Source: an uncultured virus (IMG/VR IMGVR_UViG_3300019372_000169)
Lineage: Duplodnaviria; Heunggongvirae; Uroviricota; Caudoviricetes
Strand: one strand, 5' to 3'
DNA length: 64,000 nt
Virus record (IMG/VR): IMGVR_UViG_3300019372_000169
A model generated the notes under the pieces. The model ran no database searches, was not told where the DNA came from, and was given only the letters and a program-made list of their open reading frames with translations. The translations under genes were made by a program, and so were the position numbers. Below are positions 26,960 to 35,966 of this stretch, piece after piece; within the stretch, counting starts at the first letter, position 1, and every line of letters begins with the position of its first letter.

Positions 26960-28064
26960 CTTCAACATCCTCCACAGAAACTATATAGACTTGTTTGTTT
27001 TCAATCGCTTGTCGTGTATTTTCCAACGCAGGCTCCAACTCTTTAGAAAATGTGTACCAGCAATCGGTGGTTTCCTCTGAATAATGAAAATTGTCGTGCA
27101 TCAATTCGATGGCAGACATGCCTCTTCCGCCAATCTCCTGCGTAATAAAATCATGCATTACTGTTTGATAACGATCAAGCACCCGCCTTGAATCTTCTCT
27201 TCTTCCAAGCGCCTCAAACACTTGCATCTGGACACCGGAAAATTTTGTCGCCAACTGCAAGTCATCAGAAAGGTTTGAAAGAAGCGTATCAATAGATGAT
27301 TGTTTGTGGAACAATGACCATTTTGTATTCTTAGCAAGATGTAATGAGGCTGTACGCATTTCTGAATAAACACTATTCAAAGCTGTCGTCATCCGGTCAG
27401 ACGCTTTTTCAAGGAGTAGGTTCCTCGTCTCGATAGATGGTGCGTTTTGCGCTTGTAAAATATAATCACGAGCGTCAAAGAACGGAGTGAGAATATCCCT
27501 GTCGCGGTCACGATCCAACTGATAACTTTGCATTTCTTGAATTGCAACCAGCGTGTCTTGGATCTGCTTCATTTGCATCTGGTTTGCGATACTTCGAGTG
27601 GTTTCAAGGGTTCCGGGGTTGTTTAGTACTTTTTTTAGTGTAATATCCTTTACACGAACTCCGTTTTCATCCAAGATTACTGCACGAAGATTGCCATCAA
27701 CCTGTTTGGAATCACCAATAGAATACAGGCCCTTTTTAAGTTTTTCTTTTATACCTACAGGGAGACTGTCAAAATCCGGAACAAGTGTAACATTTCCTTT
27801 GGCAACAATAGCAGCCTGCTGAATAACATCATTGATAATACCGATGTCTGCAATAGGCACACTTGAAACCACTTCAACAAATGAGCTTTCTGCTAATGAG
27901 CGAGTTAGGTACTGCGCATACAGCCCCATAAAATCACTCATCTTTGATATTTCGTATCCGTTGATGTCGGCCTCTGTCACAAGGATATGTAATTCGGATG
28001 GAATAAGAGCTGAGCCGGGTAACTCATTACGTTCTTGCTCTTCCTGCTTTATTGAATCATCCAT
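26943..28064 (-). CDS. Hypothetical helical protein (about 373 aa)
   Basis: Long ORF with AAGGAG RBS; no recognised motif. Confidence 0.8.
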   Translation of the reverse strand: MDDSIKQEEQERNELPGSALIPSELHILVTEADINGYEISKMSDFMGLYAQYLTRSLAESSFVEVVSSVPIADIGIINDVIQQAAIVAKGNVTLVPDFDSLPVGIKEKLKKGLYSIGDSKQVDGNLRAVILDENGVRVKDITLKKVLNNPGTLETTRSIANQMQMKQIQDTLVAIQEMQSYQLDRDRDRDILTPFFDARDYILQAQNAPSIETRNLLLEKASDRMTTALNSVYSEMRTASLHLAKNTKWSLFHKQSSIDTLLSNLSDDLQLATKFSGVQMQVFEALGRREDSRRVLDRYQTVMHDFITQEIGGRGMSAIELMHDNFHYSEETTDCWYTFSKELEPALENTRQAIENKQVYIVSVEDVEDEQGN

Positions 28065-28170
28065 TTCAATTCCAACTCCTTTCATGATGAGAATGTCATC
28101 TTACTTTTGAGCAACCGTACCTTCCGCTTGCCAGCAATCGAAAGCGCAGGTATAAATCGTATGCGAGGGT

Positions 28171-28440
28171 TTAACTCGCGTGATATCCGAATGGTTCAAG
28201 GTGCTACTTGCACATTTTTCGTTCCTCATCTGTAAACAGCTCATAAGACAAATCAAGACGGCGGGCTTCCCATAGGGTTACAAATACATCCGTGCCACGG
28301 GTTTACTAATTAGCTGTTTTGCTGTTCCCAGACCGCCTTGGGCACCTTTAAGTTGAATAAAACGGACAACATTATATACACCTTTCTTTTTTGCAAATAG
28401 CTATCATGTCCTGCTCAAACCTTTTTTCTCTATCCGTTAT
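28171..28440 (-). pseudogene. Decayed small conserved hypothetical gene
   Basis: Fragments EKRFEQDMIAI / YNVVRFIQL..QGGLGTAKQLISKP / FVTLWEARRLDLS / LFTDEERKMCK*HLEPFGY, with frameshifts, a stop and an ATA start. Confidence 0.6.
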
Positions 28441-28495
28441 CGGTTTCCACCCCACATTCAGACAAGCTGTATAGCCACCTATACTCTACAAGCTC

Positions 28496-30181
28496 TTATG
28501 AACAATTTATAATTTCAAAACCGGCTTTAATTAGCTTATCTTTTATTTTGCTATCTATTTTGGGAACTGAAATGAAAAGCTTTTCCCCAGCACGGCTAAG
28601 CGCGACATAATAAACTCGGTTATTTTCAGAGGCGATATTCGGGTTTAATATAAAATCCAGTCCCTGATTGGCATCATCGATTTCCGAAACGATAACCATC
28701 ACACAGTTATTCTCGTCGCCCTTTGCTTTATGAATTGTTCTGTTTATGCAATCATCATTTTCAATTCTGACAGTCAGAGCCATATCGCTGTATTTTTTTG
28801 AATCATAAAATACTTTGGGCTTTCCCGTAGTAATTTTGCTTTTATGGAAGGCTTTATTATCTAAATAAGTAGTATAGAACTCAGTTAATGTCTTGTCTTT
28901 GAAAAGCTCATAATTATCTAAAAAATACTGCAATTGAACTAAGGCTGCTTGGTCTGCATCCTCATTCCGCATGGCTCTTTTCATGAGTTTAAGAGCATCC
29001 TTAACCTTATTATCTCTTGAATTTTCAATTGAAGAGATAATATAAAAGAGCTGTTTTGCGCGAGCAGAATTGCTATCGTTCGCAATAATATCTTCCAGCA
29101 TAATATCTTCATCTATTGCGTTGTAGCCCTTTTTCAAGCAATTAGACGTCACATTTTTATAGCAAAGTGTCCACAGAGCTTCCTTTCCGCAAATTCGCTT
29201 AGCCTGTTGATAAGTCGCCATAACATCGCCAACCATTATTCGAGGTTGACATCCGTGCCTATTTTCTGGACTATATTGAGTAAGTGTCGGATCATTTCTT
29301 ACGATATTCAAAATATTGATTATTTCTGCCGTGCTGCGATGGTTCCCCTCAATTTTATACTCGACCATTCCATTGATGTTAAAATTAGTAAACTGGGTAA
29401 CATCGGCTCCCTGAAACTTGTATATCGACTGAGCCCTGTCCCCGATCACACCTATGATGCTTTCTTTTTCAGCTAATTTCTTTAATATTTCCGCTTGAAT
29501 CGGATTAGTGTCTTGAAACTCATCAACGAAAATATATGGGAATTTAGCCCTTAAAATCTCAAGGATAGAAGGGTATTCACTAATGAGACGCCAGCTGAAA
29601 TATAAAACATCATCATGGTGCAAAATGCCCTTACTCCAGCAAATTTTCTTATAGACGAGGTATGTTTCTCTTTTGATTCTAAATTTAAATATTTTACGCG
29701 GCATAACTTGCAAGATGCCGCTTTTATCGAATTTCCACTGCAAATCGAGCAGAGCCTCTAAAAGGTTTTTATCATCCAGATACGTTTGCTTGGTTTCCGC
29801 CTTTACACTGTACAAGATCGATTTATTTGGGACGTATTCATCATGTCCTTTTATTCTATCGACAGCTAGTTCCGGGATGCCTAAAAAGGAAACGTAGGGC
29901 TTAACAACATGCTTGTATAAAAAAGCATGGATTGTGCCGATTTCAACGTTTTCGCATGCTTCGCCGAGATTCAATAGGATTTTTTCTGCGGCGACGTTGG
30001 TATATGTAATACAGGCGATTTTCTTGACTTGTCCAAGGCGATTGGAGTGCTGAACCACATTTTGAATATGATTAATAAGCCATGTAGTTTTGCCAGCTCC
30101 CGGCCCCGCATTGACTTTAAAAGGATGTTCGATATCGATTGTCTCATGACTATCTTTTAAGGTTATTATTCCAGAACCCAT
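28496..30181 (-). CDS. gajB: UvrD-like helicase, Gabija GajB
   Basis: AGPGAGKT, FVDEFQD, IGDRAQSIY, TIHKAKG, YVALSRA; coupled to an OLD nuclease. Confidence 0.82.
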   Translation of the reverse strand: MGSGIITLKDSHETIDIEHPFKVNAGPGAGKTTWLINHIQNVVQHSNRLGQVKKIACITYTNVAAEKILLNLGEACENVEIGTIHAFLYKHVVKPYVSFLGIPELAVDRIKGHDEYVPNKSILYSVKAETKQTYLDDKNLLEALLDLQWKFDKSGILQVMPRKIFKFRIKRETYLVYKKICWSKGILHHDDVLYFSWRLISEYPSILEILRAKFPYIFVDEFQDTNPIQAEILKKLAEKESIIGVIGDRAQSIYKFQGADVTQFTNFNINGMVEYKIEGNHRSTAEIINILNIVRNDPTLTQYSPENRHGCQPRIMVGDVMATYQQAKRICGKEALWTLCYKNVTSNCLKKGYNAIDEDIMLEDIIANDSNSARAKQLFYIISSIENSRDNKVKDALKLMKRAMRNEDADQAALVQLQYFLDNYELFKDKTLTEFYTTYLDNKAFHKSKITTGKPKVFYDSKKYSDMALTVRIENDDCINRTIHKAKGDENNCVMVIVSEIDDANQGLDFILNPNIASENNRVYYVALSRAGEKLFISVPKIDSKIKDKLIKAGFEIINCS

Positions 30182-32214
30182 TTGATAGCCCCCTCGATAT
30201 ATGGCGGTATCTTAAACGAAAAAGCTCCTTTAAGATAAGCGGCCTCTTTTTCACTTAAAACCTCGGCGATTTCCTGCGCCGACTCGGCTTTACTAACATA
30301 GAGCAAATATAGGGCGGCAATAAGTTGATCTTTATTTTTAGAGTCTGCTAAACCGTCTTTTATACGCTTACATTCATCACTGTCGCCGACGGCCGCGACC
30401 ATCTCCTCGTATTTCTTGGCGTAATTATTCATTAGAGATAGTAAAATATCACCGTTGGTGATGCTCGGCACAATCAGCTCTTTGCAGGTAGGGTTATGCA
30501 GCAGTAAGTCGTATTCAAAAGTGCAGCCGGTATCTTTCGTTTGCGTGAAAACACTGATTGACTTTTTACGATCCGAATAGAGATCGGCAATCAAATTTGA
30601 CGAGGCTTTATATTCATAACCGCTATCTTTACTTAATTCAAACGGGTAACATGAGCAAAACCGAGCACCTTTGACACCGGCTTTTTTTCTGACTGGGTCT
30701 AAATCGGTAATTACCGCTACGCGCTTATTTATGGCATACTCACTTTTATCTCTATCAAAAAGTTTCAAGAAATGGGAAAAGTATCTGCCGCCAATATTGA
30801 TAACGGCGACATGACTATCGACAAGGTCGCCGTTTAGATAACGAGTGAATATGGGCAACAGCAGCTGTTCGCTGATGCCTTCGACCAAGATAATTCTTTT
30901 GGCGAATAGCATATCGGATTTCGTCACATCAAGGTATCTTTCGATATATGCCTTTGAAGCTTTATCGTCTTTATTTTTCAGATCAAAGACACGACCCGGA
31001 TAAGCAACTTCGATTTCCTCTTTTTCTTTATTTAGGACAATCAGATTATCCAGTTTGGAAGCGGCGGTAATGTTTGGCGAATGCGTGCTTATAAATATCT
31101 GCCTGACGTTGGATTTCATATTATCATTCAGAAATTTTAGAAAACGATATTGAAGCGACGGATGCAGGTGGGCTTCCGGCTCCTCAATTGCCAAAACAGA
31201 GAATAGTTTAGCGTTACTCCCGTAGTATTCACCCATCGCGTCTTTTTGCATTCTGGCCAGAAGTAAAGCAATGTATATCAGATTATTATAGCCCAAGCCA
31301 TTATTGGCTGGCGGTAGCTTAATACCGGTTTTATCCTCCAGAGTGAGTCTTAAGGCAGAGTATAGGGTCGTCTCGTTTAAAACTCCGCTGAAATGAGGCG
31401 AAGACTCGTCAAAAGTTGCACCGGTATCGTCTGCGTATGTTACGATCTGCTTTTCTCCAGCGGTAAGGCGACCTTGTAGCTTAGTCATTAGCTGCTGTGA
31501 CGATTCGGCGAATTCTCGTTTCACTTTTTGCAAATTGCCTTTAATTTCATCCTTAGTTTTTGAAGTATCATTCTTAATTTCGTAATCAATGAAAAAGTCT
31601 ATAACTTCTTTCAGAAGAGAGTCGCTTCCAGAACTTAAATCTCTTTCAACGTCCCTGATCGGCTGCATAAACTCGAAATCGAATTTATTCAGGATATCAT
31701 TATCAACGACCGTTTTTAACTTCTCGTCGCCACCGTACAACTTCCACACATATTTACTTAAAAAAGAATGCTCGATTTCACTCCAGTATTCTTCGATGTT
31801 TGGGCTAGAAATGGCCGTCATGGTAGCCCTATATTCTTCGATTTCCTTTTCAGGCAGAAAAAATTCGTAAGTAATTTTAGCTTCATAAGGGCGCTGAATT
31901 TTTGTCAGCATCGTTGAGACTAAAACGATATCCTCGGAATACTCCGCTTCACCCTCGTTCTCCTTAAGAATTGAGGAAATTACGACCTGCGGGGGATTTG
32001 CTTTTAAATCGTTTATGGATAATTGCCGATTAAAATCATTAATGCTCAGTTTTTTAGAATATGATGTGTCAAATAGGATTTGAAGGGCTTTGATAACCGT
32101 GGTCTTTCCTGAGTTATTATGGCCAATGAAAATATTTAATTTTTCATTGAGTTCAATTACTTTTTTACCGCTAACCCCTCTGAAATTTTCAATTGATATA
32201 TTTGCAATATACAT
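30166..32214 (-). CDS. gajA: OLD-family ATP-dependent endonuclease, Gabija GajA
   Basis: GHNNSGKT, IEEPEAHLHP, STHS, TOPRIM ILVEGISE and TDLD. Confidence 0.85.
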   Translation of the reverse strand: MYIANISIENFRGVSGKKVIELNEKLNIFIGHNNSGKTTVIKALQILFDTSYSKKLSINDFNRQLSINDLKANPPQVVISSILKENEGEAEYSEDIVLVSTMLTKIQRPYEAKITYEFFLPEKEIEEYRATMTAISSPNIEEYWSEIEHSFLSKYVWKLYGGDEKLKTVVDNDILNKFDFEFMQPIRDVERDLSSGSDSLLKEVIDFFIDYEIKNDTSKTKDEIKGNLQKVKREFAESSQQLMTKLQGRLTAGEKQIVTYADDTGATFDESSPHFSGVLNETTLYSALRLTLEDKTGIKLPPANNGLGYNNLIYIALLLARMQKDAMGEYYGSNAKLFSVLAIEEPEAHLHPSLQYRFLKFLNDNMKSNVRQIFISTHSPNITAASKLDNLIVLNKEKEEIEVAYPGRVFDLKNKDDKASKAYIERYLDVTKSDMLFAKRIILVEGISEQLLLPIFTRYLNGDLVDSHVAVINIGGRYFSHFLKLFDRDKSEYAINKRVAVITDLDPVRKKAGVKGARFCSCYPFELSKDSGYEYKASSNLIADLYSDRKKSISVFTQTKDTGCTFEYDLLLHNPTCKELIVPSITNGDILLSLMNNYAKKYEEMVAAVGDSDECKRIKDGLADSKNKDQLIAALYLLYVSKAESAQEIAEVLSEKEAAYLKGAFSFKIPPYIEGAIKWVLE

Positions 32215-32273
32215 AACATCCTCTCTCCCTCATACACAATGTTTTTGTTAAATCGCTTTGCCATCTGAGCATC

Positions 32274-32351
32274 TTGATTTAGAATGTCCTCATAATCGGT
32301 CTTATTAAGATTGAATGTTTTTCCACAACTCGGACACTTGATTTCGTGCAT
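32274..32351 (-). pseudogene. N-terminal remnant of a DUF2130-like gene
   Basis: MHEIKCPSCGKTFNLNKTDYEDILNQ resembles the DUF2130 protein N-terminus; the similarity then stops. Confidence 0.5.
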
Positions 32352-32384
32352 ACTTATCTTGATCCTCATCAACTTTAGTCTTTT

Positions 32385-34658
32385 TTATTTCACATTCATC
32401 ATCATATTGTAATGTTGCGTCTGATCGGTAGCTGTAAATATCTTCTCAAACACAGTCCTTATTTGTTGTGGCTCAATAGCGGAAGCATCGAAGAACAAAC
32501 CATCATTGAAACCGCGCGCTCCGATATTTAGAACCGCAAGCATAGCTGCTGCCACATTGTAATCGGTTTTATCGATAGAACCATCTGAAAGCGTAGTTTC
32601 AAAGCGATGTCGGTTCTTTTCCAACAAATCAGATCGCAGGTCGCCGCTGGAATAACCACATATCTGAAGGTAGTAGTATTCCAAAATGCGCCGCGTCACG
32701 TTGATGAGCGCAATCGAATCAGTAGCTGTTCTGTACTCTTCCCAAAGAGAGTCATAAGTATTTTTCACTGGTGAATAATTAACCTTGCCGCCTCCAACAC
32801 GGCCATCAAGGCGCGTACATTCAATGATGTACGACTGATTGTTCTCGCGCTTCTTCAGCTCGTATATACCTACACATTCGTTTTCTGCAACCCTGTTATA
32901 AGAAACTTCTTTGAAGAAGAACGGGTTGTGCGTCAGGCAGAAGAATTGTTTAATGTGGTCGTTCTGACTGCCATGATCTGTCATCCGATAGTTGTTATAG
33001 CAAATGGCAATCAAGTCCCGAACGAGAGACGCCACAGTAAACATACTGCTGCTGTCCATGCTGGAAACAGGGTCATCGATGACTACGATCTTATTGACCG
33101 TTTTTCCGTCATCGGACTGGCTGCCAACGACCATGTGATAGAAATAAAGGAAAGCAATGAAATGACGTTCGCCCTCGCTGAGTCCTTTTGCGACCTTCTC
33201 ATCGGTTTCACGTATCAGCTCATAGACATACTGTGCGCCTGGTTTTTCCCGTAGATAAAAGCCTTGAAAACCAGCGGCTTTCAGAAGCGCATTTATGCTG
33301 TCCTTGGCGACGGTCGTGTTCACGGTCTGCTGGTTCAAACGCCCGATATCAGCTTGTAGAGCGTCGGAGGCTTCCTTCGCCGTACCCATTTCGCCGCTAA
33401 GCCGCTCGATATCGGCGGTGTGCCGTTCTTTTCCGCTCTTATGTACAGCAATCTCAGACCGGCACATAAACGCCATGAGCTGCCACACCTGCGCGACGCA
33501 ATCCTGCTGCTTTTTCCCTTTTGCGTCGATAACGGCATTATACTCTTTGATTTTCGCATTAATCTGCTCGATTACACCATTGATGTCAAGAAGGATGTCC
33601 GATAAATCCGCAAGGATGACTGTCTTCGCGGGGTCGTCAGTTTTCTGTTTCAAGAGAGCAACATTGTTTTGTGCCCGCTCCATGAACAGGTCGAATTTGG
33701 TCTTGTACTCCGAAAGTAGTTCACAGGTGAATGGATTCTTGCTGTTCTCGGTGAGTAGGGCATGTATGGCGTTTAACGCATTTCGGTATGCCGACACAAA
33801 CTGTTCCAGCTCTGTAACTCTCTTTTTATACTGCTCGTCAAAGCAGGACGCAAGGTCGGCCTCAAACGTGTCCGGCAAGTCCTGCTGACAGTATGGGCAT
33901 TTCTTTCCTGCCTCATGCTGGTATGCCTTATGCCCTTGACTGAGCCAGCCGGAAGCGTTCAATGCGTGGACGAAGCTGGCGAAGGCAGAATCACTGCTCC
34001 CAACGATAGCCTCTCCAAGGAGAGGCGATGCGGGAATGGTGGCAACATCAATGGATTTATACTCAATGAACCGCGTGTCTGATGCTCCATAAGCGACTGC
34101 GTGCAGTTGGGCGAGAGCCGCTTCGTCTATATCTACTGGAGGGCAGGTTTCCAGATGGGCGACGAATTTCTTCTTGTCGCGCGTATATCCGGCCTGTGTC
34201 TCTTTGTACTGTGTTCTGACAGACTCGGTCATGTCCCATATGGTTTTCTCGTATACGGCATCGACCTTTTTCTGTTTTTCTCGTTCGTCAGCGATCTTAC
34301 TGTCGATGGCCTTGATTTTTGCGTCAAGCGCTCGCTTTTCCGCAGTCTTTTTATCGACTTCGGCTTTGATTTCCGCATTCTGTTGGGTGATGGTGAAAAC
34401 GCCGGGAATATTGCCGTAGCTCTGGATATTGTCGGCGATGAATTCCTCATTATAGACCATCAGTGTATAATCGCCGGGTGTTGAACCGGGAATCCACTCT
34501 GTTGCGGCAGGAACGCCTATGTTCTTGGCGAGGGTAGATTTGCCGGTTCCATTGTTTCCAAAGAAAAAGTTGATAAGTGTCGGCTCAAACGTCACCCCGG
34601 AGAAAGTGTGGTCGTTCAGCGTAATTTTCTGGATTGCCGTCTTGATCCTGTTTCCCAT
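32385..34658 (-). CDS. RloC-like (AAA_13) SMC/Rad50-type ABC ATPase
   Basis: GNNGTGKS, zinc hook CPYCQQ, coiled coils, LSEGE signature, IDDPVSSMD, LTHN, RRILEYY C-terminal domain. Confidence 0.88.
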   Translation of the reverse strand: MGNRIKTAIQKITLNDHTFSGVTFEPTLINFFFGNNGTGKSTLAKNIGVPAATEWIPGSTPGDYTLMVYNEEFIADNIQSYGNIPGVFTITQQNAEIKAEVDKKTAEKRALDAKIKAIDSKIADEREKQKKVDAVYEKTIWDMTESVRTQYKETQAGYTRDKKKFVAHLETCPPVDIDEAALAQLHAVAYGASDTRFIEYKSIDVATIPASPLLGEAIVGSSDSAFASFVHALNASGWLSQGHKAYQHEAGKKCPYCQQDLPDTFEADLASCFDEQYKKRVTELEQFVSAYRNALNAIHALLTENSKNPFTCELLSEYKTKFDLFMERAQNNVALLKQKTDDPAKTVILADLSDILLDINGVIEQINAKIKEYNAVIDAKGKKQQDCVAQVWQLMAFMCRSEIAVHKSGKERHTADIERLSGEMGTAKEASDALQADIGRLNQQTVNTTVAKDSINALLKAAGFQGFYLREKPGAQYVYELIRETDEKVAKGLSEGERHFIAFLYFYHMVVGSQSDDGKTVNKIVVIDDPVSSMDSSSMFTVASLVRDLIAICYNNYRMTDHGSQNDHIKQFFCLTHNPFFFKEVSYNRVAENECVGIYELKKRENNQSYIIECTRLDGRVGGGKVNYSPVKNTYDSLWEEYRTATDSIALINVTRRILEYYYLQICGYSSGDLRSDLLEKNRHRFETTLSDGSIDKTDYNVAAAMLAVLNIGARGFNDGLFFDASAIEPQQIRTVFEKIFTATDQTQHYNMMMNVK

Positions 34659-34683
34659 ATGCGCTCCTTTCCATGCTGCGGCT

Positions 34684-35361
34684 TCATTCAATATCGACGT
34701 GCAGCCGCGCCATTACATCGATCAGATTACCATTTTTGATCGACCAGTGTTCTTCGTCAAGCTCATTCCGCAGCGATGCATGTACCATTCCAAGCAGTCC
34801 GATATTCTGGTTTAAAAGCTGTTGTGATATGCCTTGGAAGCCAGTGAAGCATACCTTGATAGTTTCGCCCTGCACTCGCATATCCGTAATGCGGCCGAGC
34901 AGCGCTGGATGACCTTCTTCGGTATAGCCGAAGTGCATATTCCTCTTGGCAAAGATACACGGCATACTCGCAAGCTCGGCAAGGACGGCTGGCGTGATGT
35001 TGGCATACCGTTTCTTATGCTCCTGGGCAGTGTATTTGCACAAGGCGCAATTCTTGGCGATGGAGAAAGCACCGCAGTTATAATCCTCGTTCTCCAGAAC
35101 GAACAAACAGTAGCGCTCCTGATTCAATGAAGCCCATTCCAGCTTATGGCTCACTTTTTGCGGCGCTGGACGTGCAGCAAACATCGACATAAGTCCCTGC
35201 ATAAGCTCCGGCGTAGGGCAGTTGATATTCAGGTTTATTGTTCCGGCGTTCGTACCCACCTGAATGCCGGAGCCGGTGTTGACCATTCCGTTCGTGGCCT
35301 GTGGGAATTCAACTGCTGTGGGCTGTGCGGCAGCCAGCACTATTTCATTTTTATCTGCCAT
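34684..35361 (-). CDS. Hypothetical protein with N-terminal RHIM/PP-like motif; paralog of 35366-35956
   Basis: MVNTGSGIQVGTNAGTINLNIN; C-terminal HWSIKNGNL domain. Confidence 0.8.
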   Translation of the reverse strand: MADKNEIVLAAAQPTAVEFPQATNGMVNTGSGIQVGTNAGTINLNINCPTPELMQGLMSMFAARPAPQKVSHKLEWASLNQERYCLFVLENEDYNCGAFSIAKNCALCKYTAQEHKKRYANITPAVLAELASMPCIFAKRNMHFGYTEEGHPALLGRITDMRVQGETIKVCFTGFQGISQQLLNQNIGLLGMVHASLRNELDEEHWSIKNGNLIDVMARLHVDIE

Positions 35362-35365
35362 TCAA

Positions 35366-35956
35366 TCACCCCCACATAGCAACACCTGCGTCCTGTAACA
35401 CTTGTATTAAGTTGATATTCTTTATCGCCCAGTGCGTTCGGAACGATTCATAACCATTCACGGTATCAAGTGCATATTCGTTCTCAAGCAACACCTTGAC
35501 TGGGATTGGATAGAGCTGTCGGAAGTAGACCATCACGCCGTTTTGCTGTTTGCGGACATCTGTCACAAACGCAAATACGGCGTTTTTCTCGCTTGGAGTG
35601 GTTTTACAATATTCATCAACAATAATAGACGGAAATCTCTTTATGTCCGCGATTGCGTTATCATCCAAAGAAGCAAATCGGCTCTTTAATTCCGGCGTCA
35701 TGTACTCGGTTAATGCACGATCTTTCGGCACAAGCAGATGGTCGGAGATAAATGGGTCAAAGCCAATGAACAGATTGTAGTAATCAGTATTGGCTGGCCT
35801 CTGCTGACCATTCGAGCCGGTTATTATCAGGTTAACCGTTGGGGAAAAAGTGTCGGCGTGGCCAACCTGAACGCCTTTCCCGTAATTGTTGTATGTACTC
35901 ACCTCCGGAACGGTTTGCTGTATGCCGTCCGATATGCTCTTCAGCTTGTCCTCCAT
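35366..35956 (-). CDS. Hypothetical protein with N-terminal RHIM/PP-like motif
   Basis: YNNYGKGVQVGHADTFSPTVNL; C-terminal HWAIKNINL domain. Confidence 0.8.
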   Translation of the reverse strand: MEDKLKSISDGIQQTVPEVSTYNNYGKGVQVGHADTFSPTVNLIITGSNGQQRPANTDYYNLFIGFDPFISDHLLVPKDRALTEYMTPELKSRFASLDDNAIADIKRFPSIIVDEYCKTTPSEKNAVFAFVTDVRKQQNGVMVYFRQLYPIPVKVLLENEYALDTVNGYESFRTHWAIKNINLIQVLQDAGVAMWG

Positions 35957-35966
35957 ATGCAGCCCC

